64,000 nt of DNA from Mayamaea pseudoterrestris (lineage: Eukaryota). The position numbers were made by a program, and so were the translations under genes. Shown piece after piece: positions 11,028 to 21,933 of the stretch. Below the pieces are notes generated by a model. That model did no database searches, was not told where the DNA came from, and saw nothing but the letters and a program-made list of their open reading frames with translations. Numbering within the stretch: the first letter of the stretch is position 1; each line of letters begins with the position of its first letter. The DNA is taken from assembly GCA_027923505.1 (NCBI GenBank), contig BROI01000036.1, forward strand, positions 1 to 64,000, read 5' to 3'.

Positions 11028-12515
11028 ATGATCCGCATCATTCCCTTCTTCCTCTTGATTGCGGCTATATTAGCGCAGCAGCAGCAACAAGACAGCGCCC
11101 GATACGGCGTCGACTGCTCCTTTCCCATTCATCACTCAGACTTTCCGAGCAAGGCATGCCAGCACACATTCGCCGAAGACCGCGTACAAATCTACGAAGA
11201 CTATATGCAAGGTTGTCGCGACTACTATGGACGTAAGGGAAACGCTTGCGATGAGACAGAGCATGACAGACGTGAGTAAAACCTTATACCTCAAGAATTG
11301 ACAATTGGTAATGATAGTAGACGCTCGTTCCTACTCGGACCATCACATATTCTTTAACTCTGCCTTTCGACCTTTCGCATAGTATTTATGAGTCTACAGC
11401 AGCCGCAAAGCATGGTCAACTTTACATCAACTGGTTTCAAAAAGAATCGCGCACCAAAGGCGGTCATGGATCTGCTCTACGCTCATTGGGAGGCGAACAA
11501 GGATGCCAAGGAGAAAGAGCTTTGGACGACTGGTAACATCTGTAAGTACAAGTTGCGACGATCGCAAAGAACTCGTTTTTACAATAAATTCTCATCTCTT
11601 GCGCTATATCCTTTAGACGTCAACCACTGGGCTGCACCAACCTACATGATATCGGTTGAAAACTCGCGTTTGCGCGGTGGAGGTTTCGGATTAAAGCAGC
11701 AAATCTGGGACGCCGTCCAAAATGTCATTCAAGAGTGGACGGGAATGGAGCAGCGGCCAATTTCCCAATATGGTATCCGCATGTACACGCAAGGCGCCGT
11801 CTTGTCGCCACACGTGGATCGCCTTCCACTTGTTTCGTCCTGCATTATCAACGTTGCGCAAGACTTGGATGAACCATGGCCACTGGCTGTCATTGATCGG
11901 CAAGGAAACGAAGTCAATGTGACGATGGAGCCAGGCGACATGGTGTTGTACGAGTCGGGCAGTCTCATTCACGCACGTCCCTTTCCACTCAAGGGTCGCT
12001 ACATGGCAAACATTTTCATCCACTTTGAACCGACGGGCCGACCACTCATTGACACGACGAACGCGTACTTGGACACACTCGACGACTTCTTGCCTCCCTA
12101 CTTGCAGCCAGACACGCCGTGGACAAAGAAGTGGGCGACGGAGAACCAGCACGGCTGGAAAAAGCCTGCTCCATCCGGTCCCAAGCTTCATTCCAACGCG
12201 AGAGAGTCGCACGTGGCAGCCGCACTTGGAGATGTTGACACGTTGCAACAACTGGCCAAATCGCGTCGCTCGTTACTCACCAAAAAGGATGAGAACGGCT
12301 GGATGCCAATTCACGAGGCTGCCCGCAGTGGTCACGAAAATGTCATCAAGCTGTTGGTGGAGAAGCATGGCGCCGACAAGAATGCGCGAACGGGCCACGT
12401 TGGCGAGGGTGGGTCCGTGTTGAACGTGGCGCGCGAATATTGGCCGGACGATGCAAGCATTGTGCAGTATTTGCTGAAACTGGACGCGCAGGACATTTCG
12501 TACGGTGAACTATAA
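11028..12515 (+). CDS. Signal-peptide-bearing 2OG-Fe(II) oxygenase-like protein with C-terminal ankyrin repeats (3 exons)
   Basis: Signal peptide MIRIIPFFLLIAAILA. Introns 11272-11382 and 11542-11616 (GT-AG). PHVD...IHARPFPL...IFIHF facial-triad motif, ankyrin DENGWMPIHEAARSGH, C-terminal YGEL (possible ER retention signal). Confidence 0.8.
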
Positions 12516-12980
12516 GACGCGCATGGGACCGAGATGGTGCTGGATTATAAACATACGTTATGATCAATACTTGTTCACGGTACTTTAGTAGAGAAGACTA
12601 CAAGTCTGCCTATGTAGCAATGCCGTTTGACAGGCGGGGTAGCTGAAGAGTCAAAATGAATCAGGCCAAGCTTATTCAGCCATACCGGTTCAGCAAGACT
12701 TCATAACATGGACCAGGCGTTGCTTTTGCTATAGCTATCGTTGTACAATAAGTTATATCCCGCCTGTCGCCTCGAAAATATGAGTACCGGTACGAGCTGC
12801 ATCAGTACTGGTGCGACGTCCGTTTCGGATCGACCAACAACATGAACACATCCATCCATCGCTTCTCCATCAAATATCATGAAGGACAGATGAATCACAA
12901 AATACTTCCATTCTGCTAGTTTTCTCGTCCATCTCTTGTTTTCTGTTGAATGAGTTGTTAGTGAAAGAATCGAGCAGAGC

Positions 12981-14018
12981 ATGCTTCTTCTACCGATTGG
13001 ATCGACGGCTCCTTTGCTCTTTCTTTTCGTACAATTCTTTACACTACAAAATCAACAACGGTTTGCATCATTGTCATGGAGCATGTCAGAAGCAGCAGAA
13101 GCAGAATTATCGCAAAGTAATTTTTCTCGTCAGCCGCAGCAGCTGCAAAGCCGCCTGCACTCAGTGGACAACATGGACTACCAGGAGGTCACGCTCAATT
13201 TGCCACTGATTGGCAATGTCACCATTCTTGAGGCAACGTTGGAGACGCAAAACAAACTCATCGACATGGCATTGGAAGAAGCTAATGATGATGTTGCGGA
13301 AGAAAATGAGGATGAGGCGGCGAGTAGGGACCCTGCTGCTGCTGGTGCAGCTGCTGCTGCTCCAACGACAACAGTCGTTGACGACGTGTACGGCGCCGTC
13401 CTATGGCCAGCCGCCTTGACGATTGCCTCGTACTTGCTGGAGCGACGCGAACGTTTGCTACACAATCAAACAGTGTTGGAGGTTGGCACTGGAACGGGCT
13501 TGGTGGCGCTGGCGGCTGCCATGGGCGGAGCCAAGCAAGTTTTGGCGACTGACTATGAACAAGTGCCATTGTCCATATTAAAGGCTGCTGCAACAATCAA
13601 TGGCATCAACAATATCAGCAACAATCATCAGTTGGATACCATGCTCTTCGACATTTGCAATGTATCTCAACCACTACCAAGCTGCAGCGTCTTTGTCGCC
13701 GCCGACGTTTTATACGCCCCCAAGACTGGTGTCGCCTTGGCCCGACGCGCAGTGCAAGCCTTGCAACGTGGCGCGCACGTAGTCATTGGCGACAGTCCCG
13801 GCCGCCCCGGCCGGCCCGCCTTTTTGAAAGAACTGCAGGAGCTTGGATTGAAGGACGCTAGCTTTCAAGACGTGACGGGCTGGACCGTGACGGGTGCGCG
13901 GCACGAGCTAATATGCGGTCGCACGAGTACAACAAGGTCGGAACGTGAGCGGGAGCTGGTCGTTGCCGTCATGCATTTGGATCCAAAGGATTATGTTTCG
14001 TCGTCGAAGCAGCAGTAG
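12981..14018 (+). CDS. Seven-beta-strand lysine methyltransferase (Methyltransf_16/METTL21-like)
   Basis: YGAVLWPAA, VLEVGTGTGLV, ATD, VAADVLY, DSPGRPGR; hydrophobic N-terminus. Confidence 0.8.
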   Translation: MLLLPIGSTAPLLFLFVQFFTLQNQQRFASLSWSMSEAAEAELSQSNFSRQPQQLQSRLHSVDNMDYQEVTLNLPLIGNVTILEATLETQNKLIDMALEEANDDVAEENEDEAASRDPAAAGAAAAAPTTTVVDDVYGAVLWPAALTIASYLLERRERLLHNQTVLEVGTGTGLVALAAAMGGAKQVLATDYEQVPLSILKAAATINGINNISNNHQLDTMLFDICNVSQPLPSCSVFVAADVLYAPKTGVALARRAVQALQRGAHVVIGDSPGRPGRPAFLKELQELGLKDASFQDVTGWTVTGARHELICGRTSTTRSERERELVVAVMHLDPKDYVSSSKQQ

Positions 14019-14378
14019 AATGAAGCAATAAAGTGACAACAACATTGTGCTGCCTGCGCATGCTTCTGGCCAATGTTGCGACACTGTCGAAATAACTTCC
14101 TATTATTCTGACTGATTAGATGTAACTTTTTTCTTTTGTATGTCTTGCGAAACACTGGAGTATTTGCATTCATGCTACGGTAGCTACCAGTAGAGCTAAA
14201 AGCGAAGCAGCAAAGAATAATGAGAAAATGTCGCATCGTCACACATTTGCTGCGCATAGGTACTCGCCGATTCTGTCACAGAACATCACTGGTCACGCTT
14301 TTTTCCATCAGAGCACCTTCCAACCTTGCTACTTCTAGCCATTCGAACAACAACTACATTAGTATTAATACGCAAAAT

Positions 14379-15140
14379 ATGAGAAATCGAATCATCGAGT
14401 CATCGCCGGTCCAAAATGACGAGGAGCAAGGAACAGCCGCCTTGACAAGCAAGCATCGAATGCACCGCAAACTATCTGCCTCTACTCGACGCACCTTTTT
14501 GCGTAAAGCAAACATTTGCATGCTCATGGCGATTATTATGTTTGGAATTATTTGGTGTATTGTTGGTAGATTACGGATACATCAGCAGAAAGTTGCTGCT
14601 GCTCCAATACTGCCTCTTCCACTCAAGCTTCTTTCGACGCCGTTGACAGCAACCGCATCAACGTCGGTGCGCGGCAACTTGGGCCCACCGTCCGTCGTTC
14701 TTTCCAATTCCACGGCAGACTGGCTGAAGGATCGCTGGCAGGCAGCGTCCGACATGCATGGCAAAGCCATTTACGGAGCGCACTGGGTGCAGCTCGATTT
14801 TGCACGTCGCGTCAGTGTGCAGGTTATCGTGTTGGACTGGGAGGCGGCGTACTCGGATGACTACAGTATCCTTGGAACGTTGCGAATGCGAAACGGCCAG
14901 AATGTGACTACTACTCTGTTTGATACAGCAGCAGCATTGTCTGCAAACGTTTCCACGAGACAATGGGGCCAGAGCCCCGGAGTTGCGTTCACATGTCCAA
15001 TGCACGTGGAGCATTCCATTTCACTGTTCCAAGCCTCTCCAGTTGACTCGCTACGACTAGTGATTCGTAAACCGGCAAAGTATGGATGGGGTGTCTCGCT
15101 ATGGCGATTCCAAGTGTTTGGATATGATGTACTGGAATAG
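14379..15140 (+). CDS. Type II membrane protein with F5/8 type C (discoidin)-like domain
   Basis: One TM segment (ICMLMAIIMFGIIWCIV), HWVQLDF, LDWEAAYSDDY, WGVSLWRFQVFG. Confidence 0.7.
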   Translation: MRNRIIESSPVQNDEEQGTAALTSKHRMHRKLSASTRRTFLRKANICMLMAIIMFGIIWCIVGRLRIHQQKVAAAPILPLPLKLLSTPLTATASTSVRGNLGPPSVVLSNSTADWLKDRWQAASDMHGKAIYGAHWVQLDFARRVSVQVIVLDWEAAYSDDYSILGTLRMRNGQNVTTTLFDTAAALSANVSTRQWGQSPGVAFTCPMHVEHSISLFQASPVDSLRLVIRKPAKYGWGVSLWRFQVFGYDVLE

Positions 15141-15409
15141 AAGCAGGTTGTAAAACATCTAGTGCATTTGAGACTTGCTTCTTGGCATGCCTGCTCACCA
15201 CAGCCGGCTCCACACCGAAGACTCACGCGGCATCTTAGTTTTGTTTGACAAAGCTCATGGCCTTCAAGATGCTGTTTTATGCCAGCGAATAGTCTGGATG
15301 ACTCGGCACAAGGAAGGGGGCGCTCCAAGATGCGTCACGGACTACAGGTACCATGCAGAGGATAACAACACGAAAAGTATTAACTTCACATCTTATGTCC
15401 TTGAAACGC

Positions 15410-17524
15410 CTATGCCAGTCTATGTTTGACGTACTGAATTTGATAGCGCCTCACATTGGCCTCGTACAAATCCTTCCAAATGGCGGAGCGTTCCTTTGCA
15501 ACGGCACCACCTTCGCCACTCGTCGCTTCTCCATCAACAATGAGCGGCCTCCGATGATTGACTCCGGCACTATAGTCCCACATGCATTTTTTCAAAAAGC
15601 CTTCCACTCGCGTGCGGTCTTCGCTTGGACACAACGTTTCGCCCGACAGTCGCAGCAAGTCGGCGCAAACACCAAACAAACGATCATTCGCAAGCAAATG
15701 GTCCAAAATGGGTGAGCAGTGAAAGTCGACACCTTCCACGCAAACGTCTGGCAGTCGTAGTTTGGGAGTTGCACCAGGAGCGACAAAATCTGACACTTTT
15801 TGCACGCTCAAGTTGATTATGTTCGACGGATGCACTGCTCGTGGAACGTTTGTCCACGTCAATGGCGCCGTGGACTCTGCATCTACTTTTATTTGCAGCT
15901 CGCCAGACAGTGCCGTCCGACTCGCGAATCGATTCGCCCATACGTTTGCATATTGATGCAGCATTTGAACGTCGCAAAGCATGCCTCCGTACTCGGCGCG
16001 CGCCAGAATGGACCAGACCAATGTTTGATCAGTGCTAGACAGTGAATTGTTCCAATCAGTTGTATTTAGTCCATCTAGAGAAACATGATCAAGTCGCGAT
16101 GTTGCTACAGCTAAATTCGTTTCACTCGTGGTCGTATTGTTTGAGTTTGCACCAGCTGTAGCATTTTCTCCATCGCTCCCAACAATATCCTTGAACGAAC
16201 AACACGCCACCTGATAAATGATTCGCAACACTCGTTCCATCAACGCTTTCGTCACCACAAAGCCTTTCGATTCTGCCATGACGAGCCACACCAGCAATCC
16301 AAAGTCTGGATGCAGCGTCGCATCTTCCAAAACGATTATGGGCAATCGTCGGAGCAACTCACCCATGGCCTTGTCGGCTAGTTCCATGGCAATCTTGACG
16401 GCCGCCAGTGGTCGTTGTTTCCGCACAGCCTTTTGCAGCATAGATTTTAGTACGGAAACGGATAGTGACGAGTGCTTCTGGACGAGTCGACCTATGCTCC
16501 TGGTGTCGCCGCAGCAGAAACTGGCAAGCTCCAAGTTGATGGGCCGTTTATGTTGCGTCTTGAAACTATTGTTGCGCAGCAGGACCTGGGCCGACCAATA
16601 AGGCTGCTGCTGGTCAGTGTCATGTGATGCACTCGTCGCCAGAGAGACTGTTCCATCTTGGTGCAGGTAAAAGTGTTGCTGGATGGGTTGGAGCGACGGT
16701 GCACCCCTCTTGCCGCCAAAGACCTTTTTGGAACGTTGCATCATTTGCGTAAATACATTACTTTGCGGCTTTGTCAATGTATCTGAAACTGATGGTTGCG
16801 TAGCATCCTCCTCGGATGCAGATACTGTCTGCGTATCAATAGTTTGCGAACACTCTTGCGTCAATGATGCTGCATTCGAAGGCAGCGCCTGCGTCGGCAA
16901 ACCACGCTCCGCGCCATCAAGACTGACGCGGGGCAGCGGTTGCGTGGCGAGCGACGTTTGGGTGCTTGCCGTCAGAAATGATGGTGCTGGCGAAGGCTCG
17001 TCGTGCGATAACATGGCGTCATCATCATCACTGTCGCAGCATCGATCGCAATCCATGGTCATTTTTGAAGGCGAAAATGCGACTGAATCGCTCGCTGGTG
17101 ATCCGCCAGTCGTCACGGGGCTTGTCATTGTTGAATTTCCGATCGATGCGGAACTTGTCGTTGTCGCTGCATGCTCTACTTCTTGCATCTTGTCGTCAGG
17201 AGATGGCAGAGCAGAGTCACTACATTGACTGTTGCAGCAGCCTTGCGTCTGACTGTCATGAACAGTTACTGTCACAGCCTGGTCGTTCAAAATAGCAGCA
17301 GCTGCACGACTCCGTTTCATGCATATATCAAGATGCGCATTAATTGTTTCGGCCAAAACGTGCTTGCCGCAGCCGGCGGGGCAGGCGACGAAGCGAGATT
17401 CACTTGACAGTTTCCTGTTACTATTGGTAGAATGCTTCCCGCGCTTGGCGCTCGTCATGAGATACGAAAAGGCATTGTTATCATTGCTACTTCTCTTGCT
17501 GTGATTCGATTCATTCTTTGACAT
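15410..17524 (-). CDS. UBZ4-type zinc finger protein with C-terminal MgsA/WRNIP1 lid-like helical domain
   Basis: CPAGCGKHV...INAHLDIC; LKSMLQKAVRK...LLRRLPIIVLED; GGMLCD; GVDFHCS. Long disordered linker between the two parts. Confidence 0.6.
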   Translation of the reverse strand: MSKNESNHSKRSSNDNNAFSYLMTSAKRGKHSTNSNRKLSSESRFVACPAGCGKHVLAETINAHLDICMKRSRAAAAILNDQAVTVTVHDSQTQGCCNSQCSDSALPSPDDKMQEVEHAATTTSSASIGNSTMTSPVTTGGSPASDSVAFSPSKMTMDCDRCCDSDDDDAMLSHDEPSPAPSFLTASTQTSLATQPLPRVSLDGAERGLPTQALPSNAASLTQECSQTIDTQTVSASEEDATQPSVSDTLTKPQSNVFTQMMQRSKKVFGGKRGAPSLQPIQQHFYLHQDGTVSLATSASHDTDQQQPYWSAQVLLRNNSFKTQHKRPINLELASFCCGDTRSIGRLVQKHSSLSVSVLKSMLQKAVRKQRPLAAVKIAMELADKAMGELLRRLPIIVLEDATLHPDFGLLVWLVMAESKGFVVTKALMERVLRIIYQVACCSFKDIVGSDGENATAGANSNNTTTSETNLAVATSRLDHVSLDGLNTTDWNNSLSSTDQTLVWSILARAEYGGMLCDVQMLHQYANVWANRFASRTALSGELQIKVDAESTAPLTWTNVPRAVHPSNIINLSVQKVSDFVAPGATPKLRLPDVCVEGVDFHCSPILDHLLANDRLFGVCADLLRLSGETLCPSEDRTRVEGFLKKCMWDYSAGVNHRRPLIVDGEATSGEGGAVAKERSAIWKDLYEANVRRYQIQYVKHRLA

Positions 17525-17803
17525 GGTGTGATGAGCCAGCAAGGAATGGAACGTTTGTTACGTTTTGTGCGGTCGCTTGGTTGATCGATCGGCGGAAGCG
17601 ATGAATGTGTCCGTTGGAGTACCGATACGATAAGTTACTCTGCGACATAAGTTTTCACTCCAAAAAATAAACCCGCGACTACACCGGTTATATCTATCAT
17701 ACGATTAGCTGCTAGACTGCGGGAACATATTTATTAAATTGTTAAGGCCTCTCTTACATAGCCTACTCTTTAATGTTTACCTTACTACACTTAAGAACGA
17801 CGT

Positions 17804-19468
17804 CTAAAAGGGAACGAATGGCTTGTCAATGATTGGCTTGTGCTTGCCCATTGTGCCGTGACTAACCATGGACCCCAACGCGTCCACCACAATCCGAAGG
17901 GCCATGAGCGAAGTGATATCCGCATGATCGTACTGTTGGCAAGTGGAAAGAAGAAGTAAGGGCGCGAGTCAGATTAATTAATGTGAGCAGCCTGCTATAC
18001 AGTAAGCGCAAGCCACAGTCATCCTCCATCCCATCCAAAAACAACACAGCGATATATACACATACCGGCGGCGACACTTCCACCACTTCCATGCCGCACA
18101 AGCCTTCCGCCGCAATGAGTCCCACCAGTTTCAGTGCCTCCCTTGGCAGTAAACCACCCGGTTCCGGCCATCCCGTCCCCGGCACAAAGGCCGCTTCAAT
18201 GCTGTCAATGTCGTAGGACATGTACACGGCGTCGCATCCATCCCACGCTCGATCCAGCGCCATTTCCGCAATCTTGTCAATGCCGTAATCTTCAATGTCT
18301 TCCATGGTGAAAATGTTGGTTTCGCGCTCCACCATGTTGGGCACTGCGGGACGAGGCACCTGCCAACCGCCAATGCCAATCTGCACCAAGTTCTTGGCGT
18401 TAATGTTTGGCAAGTTGGTGGCGTGAAAGTATGGCGTTGTGTGCTGCAATGTGAACAAAATGAAGAAGTCAATGGATGAGACAATGCATGAAACGAGGTA
18501 CTAGTCGATGAAACAAGACGTTTGTTTGCAGCAGTAACCACAATATACACGCACTTACCATTCGTTCGTCCATATCAAACTCCTGAATATCGGCATGTCG
18601 ATCAACATGAATAATGCCAATGTTTTTGCTCGTCACACTAGCAATCCCTCGTATCGTCGGAAACCCAATACTATGATCACCTCCCAGTATAATCGGCATA
18701 CTTCCCGTCGACGCCACAAACGCCACGGCGTTACTAATCTGATCAAACGACTTTTCCAAATTCGCCGGAATGGTGAAAACATCACCCGCATCGCACAGAC
18801 TCATTTGCTCGCGCAAGTCAATCCCGCGCTCGTAGTTGTAGGGCGTGTAGAGGGCGCTGATGCGGCGAATCCCCTGCGGACCAAACCGCGTGCCGGCGCG
18901 GTACGTGCAGCCGCCGTCAAAGGGGACTCCCAAAACAGTCGCGTCGAAGTTGCAAACGTCGCGCACGTTTTCGACAAACGGCGCCTTCATGAATGTCTGC
19001 GTTTAGTGTTGTGGAAGAGGAGAGGAGTTGTGACGTGTAATGGTGAAGGAGCATGGTGAGTTGAAGTGATGACAGCATGGCGAGCAAACGAAATCTGTCG
19101 CTCTTTTCTTGCATGACTCTCCTTCTCAATCCCTTTTACAATATACAACTATCTACCATATACATTTTACTCACATTAATTCCCGCAAAATGCGGCAGCT
19201 CGCCGCGCGAAAAGGTTGGAATGGACTTGTCATTAATGCTGCTGGCGCCCTGCAGCCCCATTTTCAGCACTCTCTCGGCTTCTTTTTCGGCATTCGTGGT
19301 GGGAATGGTGGCTTCCTTTAACGCGGCCTTCCAGCCCTTTGTGAGTTTGGGGTTCATGGGATCGGGGTGGTGGTGGCGGCGGAGATTGTTGTTGGAGGAG
19401 GAGGAGGCAGGAGCAATGGTGCTGCCGCGGTTCGCCAAGCGCCTGGAGAGAGGAACCAAGACGCGCAT
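17804..19468 (-). CDS. gdmH: Guanidine hydrolase (GdmH-type, arginase/agmatinase superfamily) with putative mitochondrial presequence (4 exons)
   Basis: Exons 19468-19175, 18996-18559, 18443-18066 and 17932-17804, all with GT-AG introns. SIPTFSRGELPHFAGINTFMKAP, TYRAGTRFGPQGIRRISALY, GGDHS, DRHAD, ERMHTTP, GIGGWQVPR, DID and GTGWPEPGGLLPRE closely match cyanobacterial Sll1077/GdmH as recalled. Confidence 0.85.
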
Positions 19469-19559
19469 TGTGAAATGAGGAAAATTGAAAAATGGAGTAA
19501 AACTGTGAGCTTGCGCGAATGAAAGATTGCCGTCAAGGTGCAGCAAAAAAAGAGGGACG

Positions 19560-19716
19560 GATGTATGTTGATCTTGTGAGGATGTCACAAACGAAAGGCG
19601 CGTCGCGGTCCTCGGAAGTTTCAATCGAGTATTGTGACGTCATACAAAATGTCAATGGCGTCATCAAGGTCAATTAGTGACGTGGCAGTGCGTCACGCGA
19701 GCGCGCTTCCTCGACC
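19560..19716. promoter_or_regulatory. Bidirectional promoter with CRE/aureo-box-like TGACGT sites
   Basis: About 250-bp gap between head-to-head genes. TGACGTCA at 19635-19642, TGACGTGG at 19678-19685, plus further TGAC half-sites. Confidence 0.45.
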
Positions 19717-21933
19717 ATGAGGATTCATCCAAATTTTCCGCTCGTCTCGAACTCCGCACCTTACATAGCAACTATTTACATGCAATCACATTTAATAATG
19801 AATCATGAGACACTATTAGCATTGACAGAGTCTGATGTTTCCGTTCCAACGACTGTCATTGTCATGGACAGCAACCATGAGTGTCTGCCGCCACGCTTTT
19901 CAACAAAGCACGCGCAAATCGTCCTGACGCCGCAGGAGGACGAGCTGTTTGACTTGCTGACACGAGTCATGAATGACTATAATAACAGTAACGGAAACAA
20001 TGGAATGAATGGCGAACATATGCAAGATGATGAAACAGCGCATCAATGTTCCTCGTCGTCGCAATCATCTACTCCACCCTCTCAACAAAACAATTTACTC
20101 CAAGTCCGCGTCGCTGGCGGCTGGGTCCGCGACAAGTTACTGGGAAGAATGACGCAGGATATTGACGTGACGGTCAACTGCATCTCCGGCGTAGACTTTG
20201 CGCGAAGAGTGGTGGACTGCGTGTCCAAGGAGCGGGAGCAGCATGAAAACGAGCAAGTGACACGTAAACTTCCTCACGTGGCAGTCATTTCCGCCAACCC
20301 CGATCAAAGCAAGCACTTGGAGACGGCCACCTTTTCGTTGCGCGGCATGGACATTGACGTTTGCGCGCTGCGGTCGCACACCGAAGTCTACCAAGATTCG
20401 CGCATTCCGGCCAGCAGCACCGGCACGCCGCTGTCCGACGCCATGCGCCGCGACTTTACCATGAATGCGCTCTTTTACAATTTACAAACGAAACGTGTGG
20501 AGGATTGGACGAGGCGGGGTATTTTTGATTTGATGAAGGGAGTGATTGTCACGCCGCCCGTCATGCTCATGGATGATGATCATAGTGGGAGTGTAACAAC
20601 AGCTGCAACGCCTGATGGTACTATTGCTCCGCCGCTACACGCCGATGAAGACTTGTTGCTGGAGCAATCCGCCTACTCGACCTTTCACGACGACCCGCTC
20701 CGCGTGCTGCGCGCCGTGCGCTTTGGCGTGCGATACAATTACCAGTTGCATTCATCCATTATCAAGGCGGCGCAGACATTGGACATCCACGTTGCGCTCC
20801 ACCAAAAAGTGTCGCGCGAGCGGGTCGGCAAGGAATTGGTCGGCATGATGAAGAGTTGCGACATGGCGGTGCGAGCGTTGCGCATGATGTGGGAATTGAA
20901 ACTGGCGGGGTCAGTGTTTATACTTCCAACAACTAGTGAATGCGGCAATGACGATAATGGTGTCGTGACGCTGGTGCATGGAAGAATTGCTGGAAACGAG
21001 TATCCCACCAAGGGCAGCCATGGCGTTTTGGAGGCGGCGCAAGCTCACGTGCGCGAGCTTGGTTGGGTCGAGTCAATGCGACTGCTTGGTTTACTGCCGC
21101 AAGTGATGCAAGCATACCATGAGACGAAAAGTGTGACAGCAAACAATGTGACTCCTCTTGATGAGTTTTTGCTACCTTTGGCAACCTTTTTGCTGCCGTT
21201 TCGAAAACTTTTATACGAGCAAGGCAAGACCATGGCGACATTGAAGCAGTACTCGGTGGTGCGCTACATGGTACGCGATTCCATCAAGTTTCCGAACAAG
21301 CACATTCACGCCATCGGTTTGCTGATGGATCACGTGGATGCCATGTCGGCGCTGCTACAGGACTGGGGTGCATTTGCATTTAACATGCACGCCACTGCAT
21401 CGGGGCGGGCGACGATGAGCGAGAGTGCGGTTGACAAACAGACGGCTCAATTTCGGCTGCAAGCTGGTTTGCTGTTACGGGCAACGAAGGATTTATGGGT
21501 CACTTGTCTACTGCTGGCATCGATTATACTACCAGGTGATGATCCCGCATTGCAAAGGACTCACGCAACAATGGCAATCTATCAGCTCGTATTGTCACTT
21601 GGTCTTGACGAGTGCTGGAAGACGAAACCAATTTTGGATGGCAAGGCGATCATGACGACCTTGGCGCTACCAAAGGGCCCTCAAGTTGGAGGATTTATGG
21701 AGGAGCAAGTGCGATGGATGCTCATGCATCCGCACGGAAACGAGGCAGACCTTGTGCAACATCTACGTCTATTTCAGGAACGGTTGCAGCAGGAGCAAGG
21801 ATCGAATGACAGTGTTGATGGCAACCTAAAGAATCAGCCTACTGTGGATGGAGGAGGAACGAGACCAGCGGAATTAATGAACACATCTTTGGACAGTGCT
21901 CAGCATGTTTCGAAGCGCATGCATGTCGAATGA
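19717..21933 (+). CDS. CCA1: CCA tRNA nucleotidyltransferase (class II)
   Basis: RVAGGWVRDKLLG, DIDV, NPDQSKHLETA, DAMRRDFTMNALFYN, FHDDPLRVLRAVRF, VSRERVGKE. Start may instead be 19780 or 19798. Confidence 0.85.
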   Translation: MRIHPNFPLVSNSAPYIATIYMQSHLIMNHETLLALTESDVSVPTTVIVMDSNHECLPPRFSTKHAQIVLTPQEDELFDLLTRVMNDYNNSNGNNGMNGEHMQDDETAHQCSSSSQSSTPPSQQNNLLQVRVAGGWVRDKLLGRMTQDIDVTVNCISGVDFARRVVDCVSKEREQHENEQVTRKLPHVAVISANPDQSKHLETATFSLRGMDIDVCALRSHTEVYQDSRIPASSTGTPLSDAMRRDFTMNALFYNLQTKRVEDWTRRGIFDLMKGVIVTPPVMLMDDDHSGSVTTAATPDGTIAPPLHADEDLLLEQSAYSTFHDDPLRVLRAVRFGVRYNYQLHSSIIKAAQTLDIHVALHQKVSRERVGKELVGMMKSCDMAVRALRMMWELKLAGSVFILPTTSECGNDDNGVVTLVHGRIAGNEYPTKGSHGVLEAAQAHVRELGWVESMRLLGLLPQVMQAYHETKSVTANNVTPLDEFLLPLATFLLPFRKLLYEQGKTMATLKQYSVVRYMVRDSIKFPNKHIHAIGLLMDHVDAMSALLQDWGAFAFNMHATASGRATMSESAVDKQTAQFRLQAGLLLRATKDLWVTCLLLASIILPGDDPALQRTHATMAIYQLVLSLGLDECWKTKPILDGKAIMTTLALPKGPQVGGFMEEQVRWMLMHPHGNEADLVQHLRLFQERLQQEQGSNDSVDGNLKNQPTVDGGGTRPAELMNTSLDSAQHVSKRMHVE

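Noticed and set aside
17933..19716. Guanidine riboswitch in the gdmH leader or introns
   Set aside because: I read the upstream region and all three introns and found no ykkC-like motif or paired ACGR-loop hairpins. A covariance-model search would be needed to exclude it formally.
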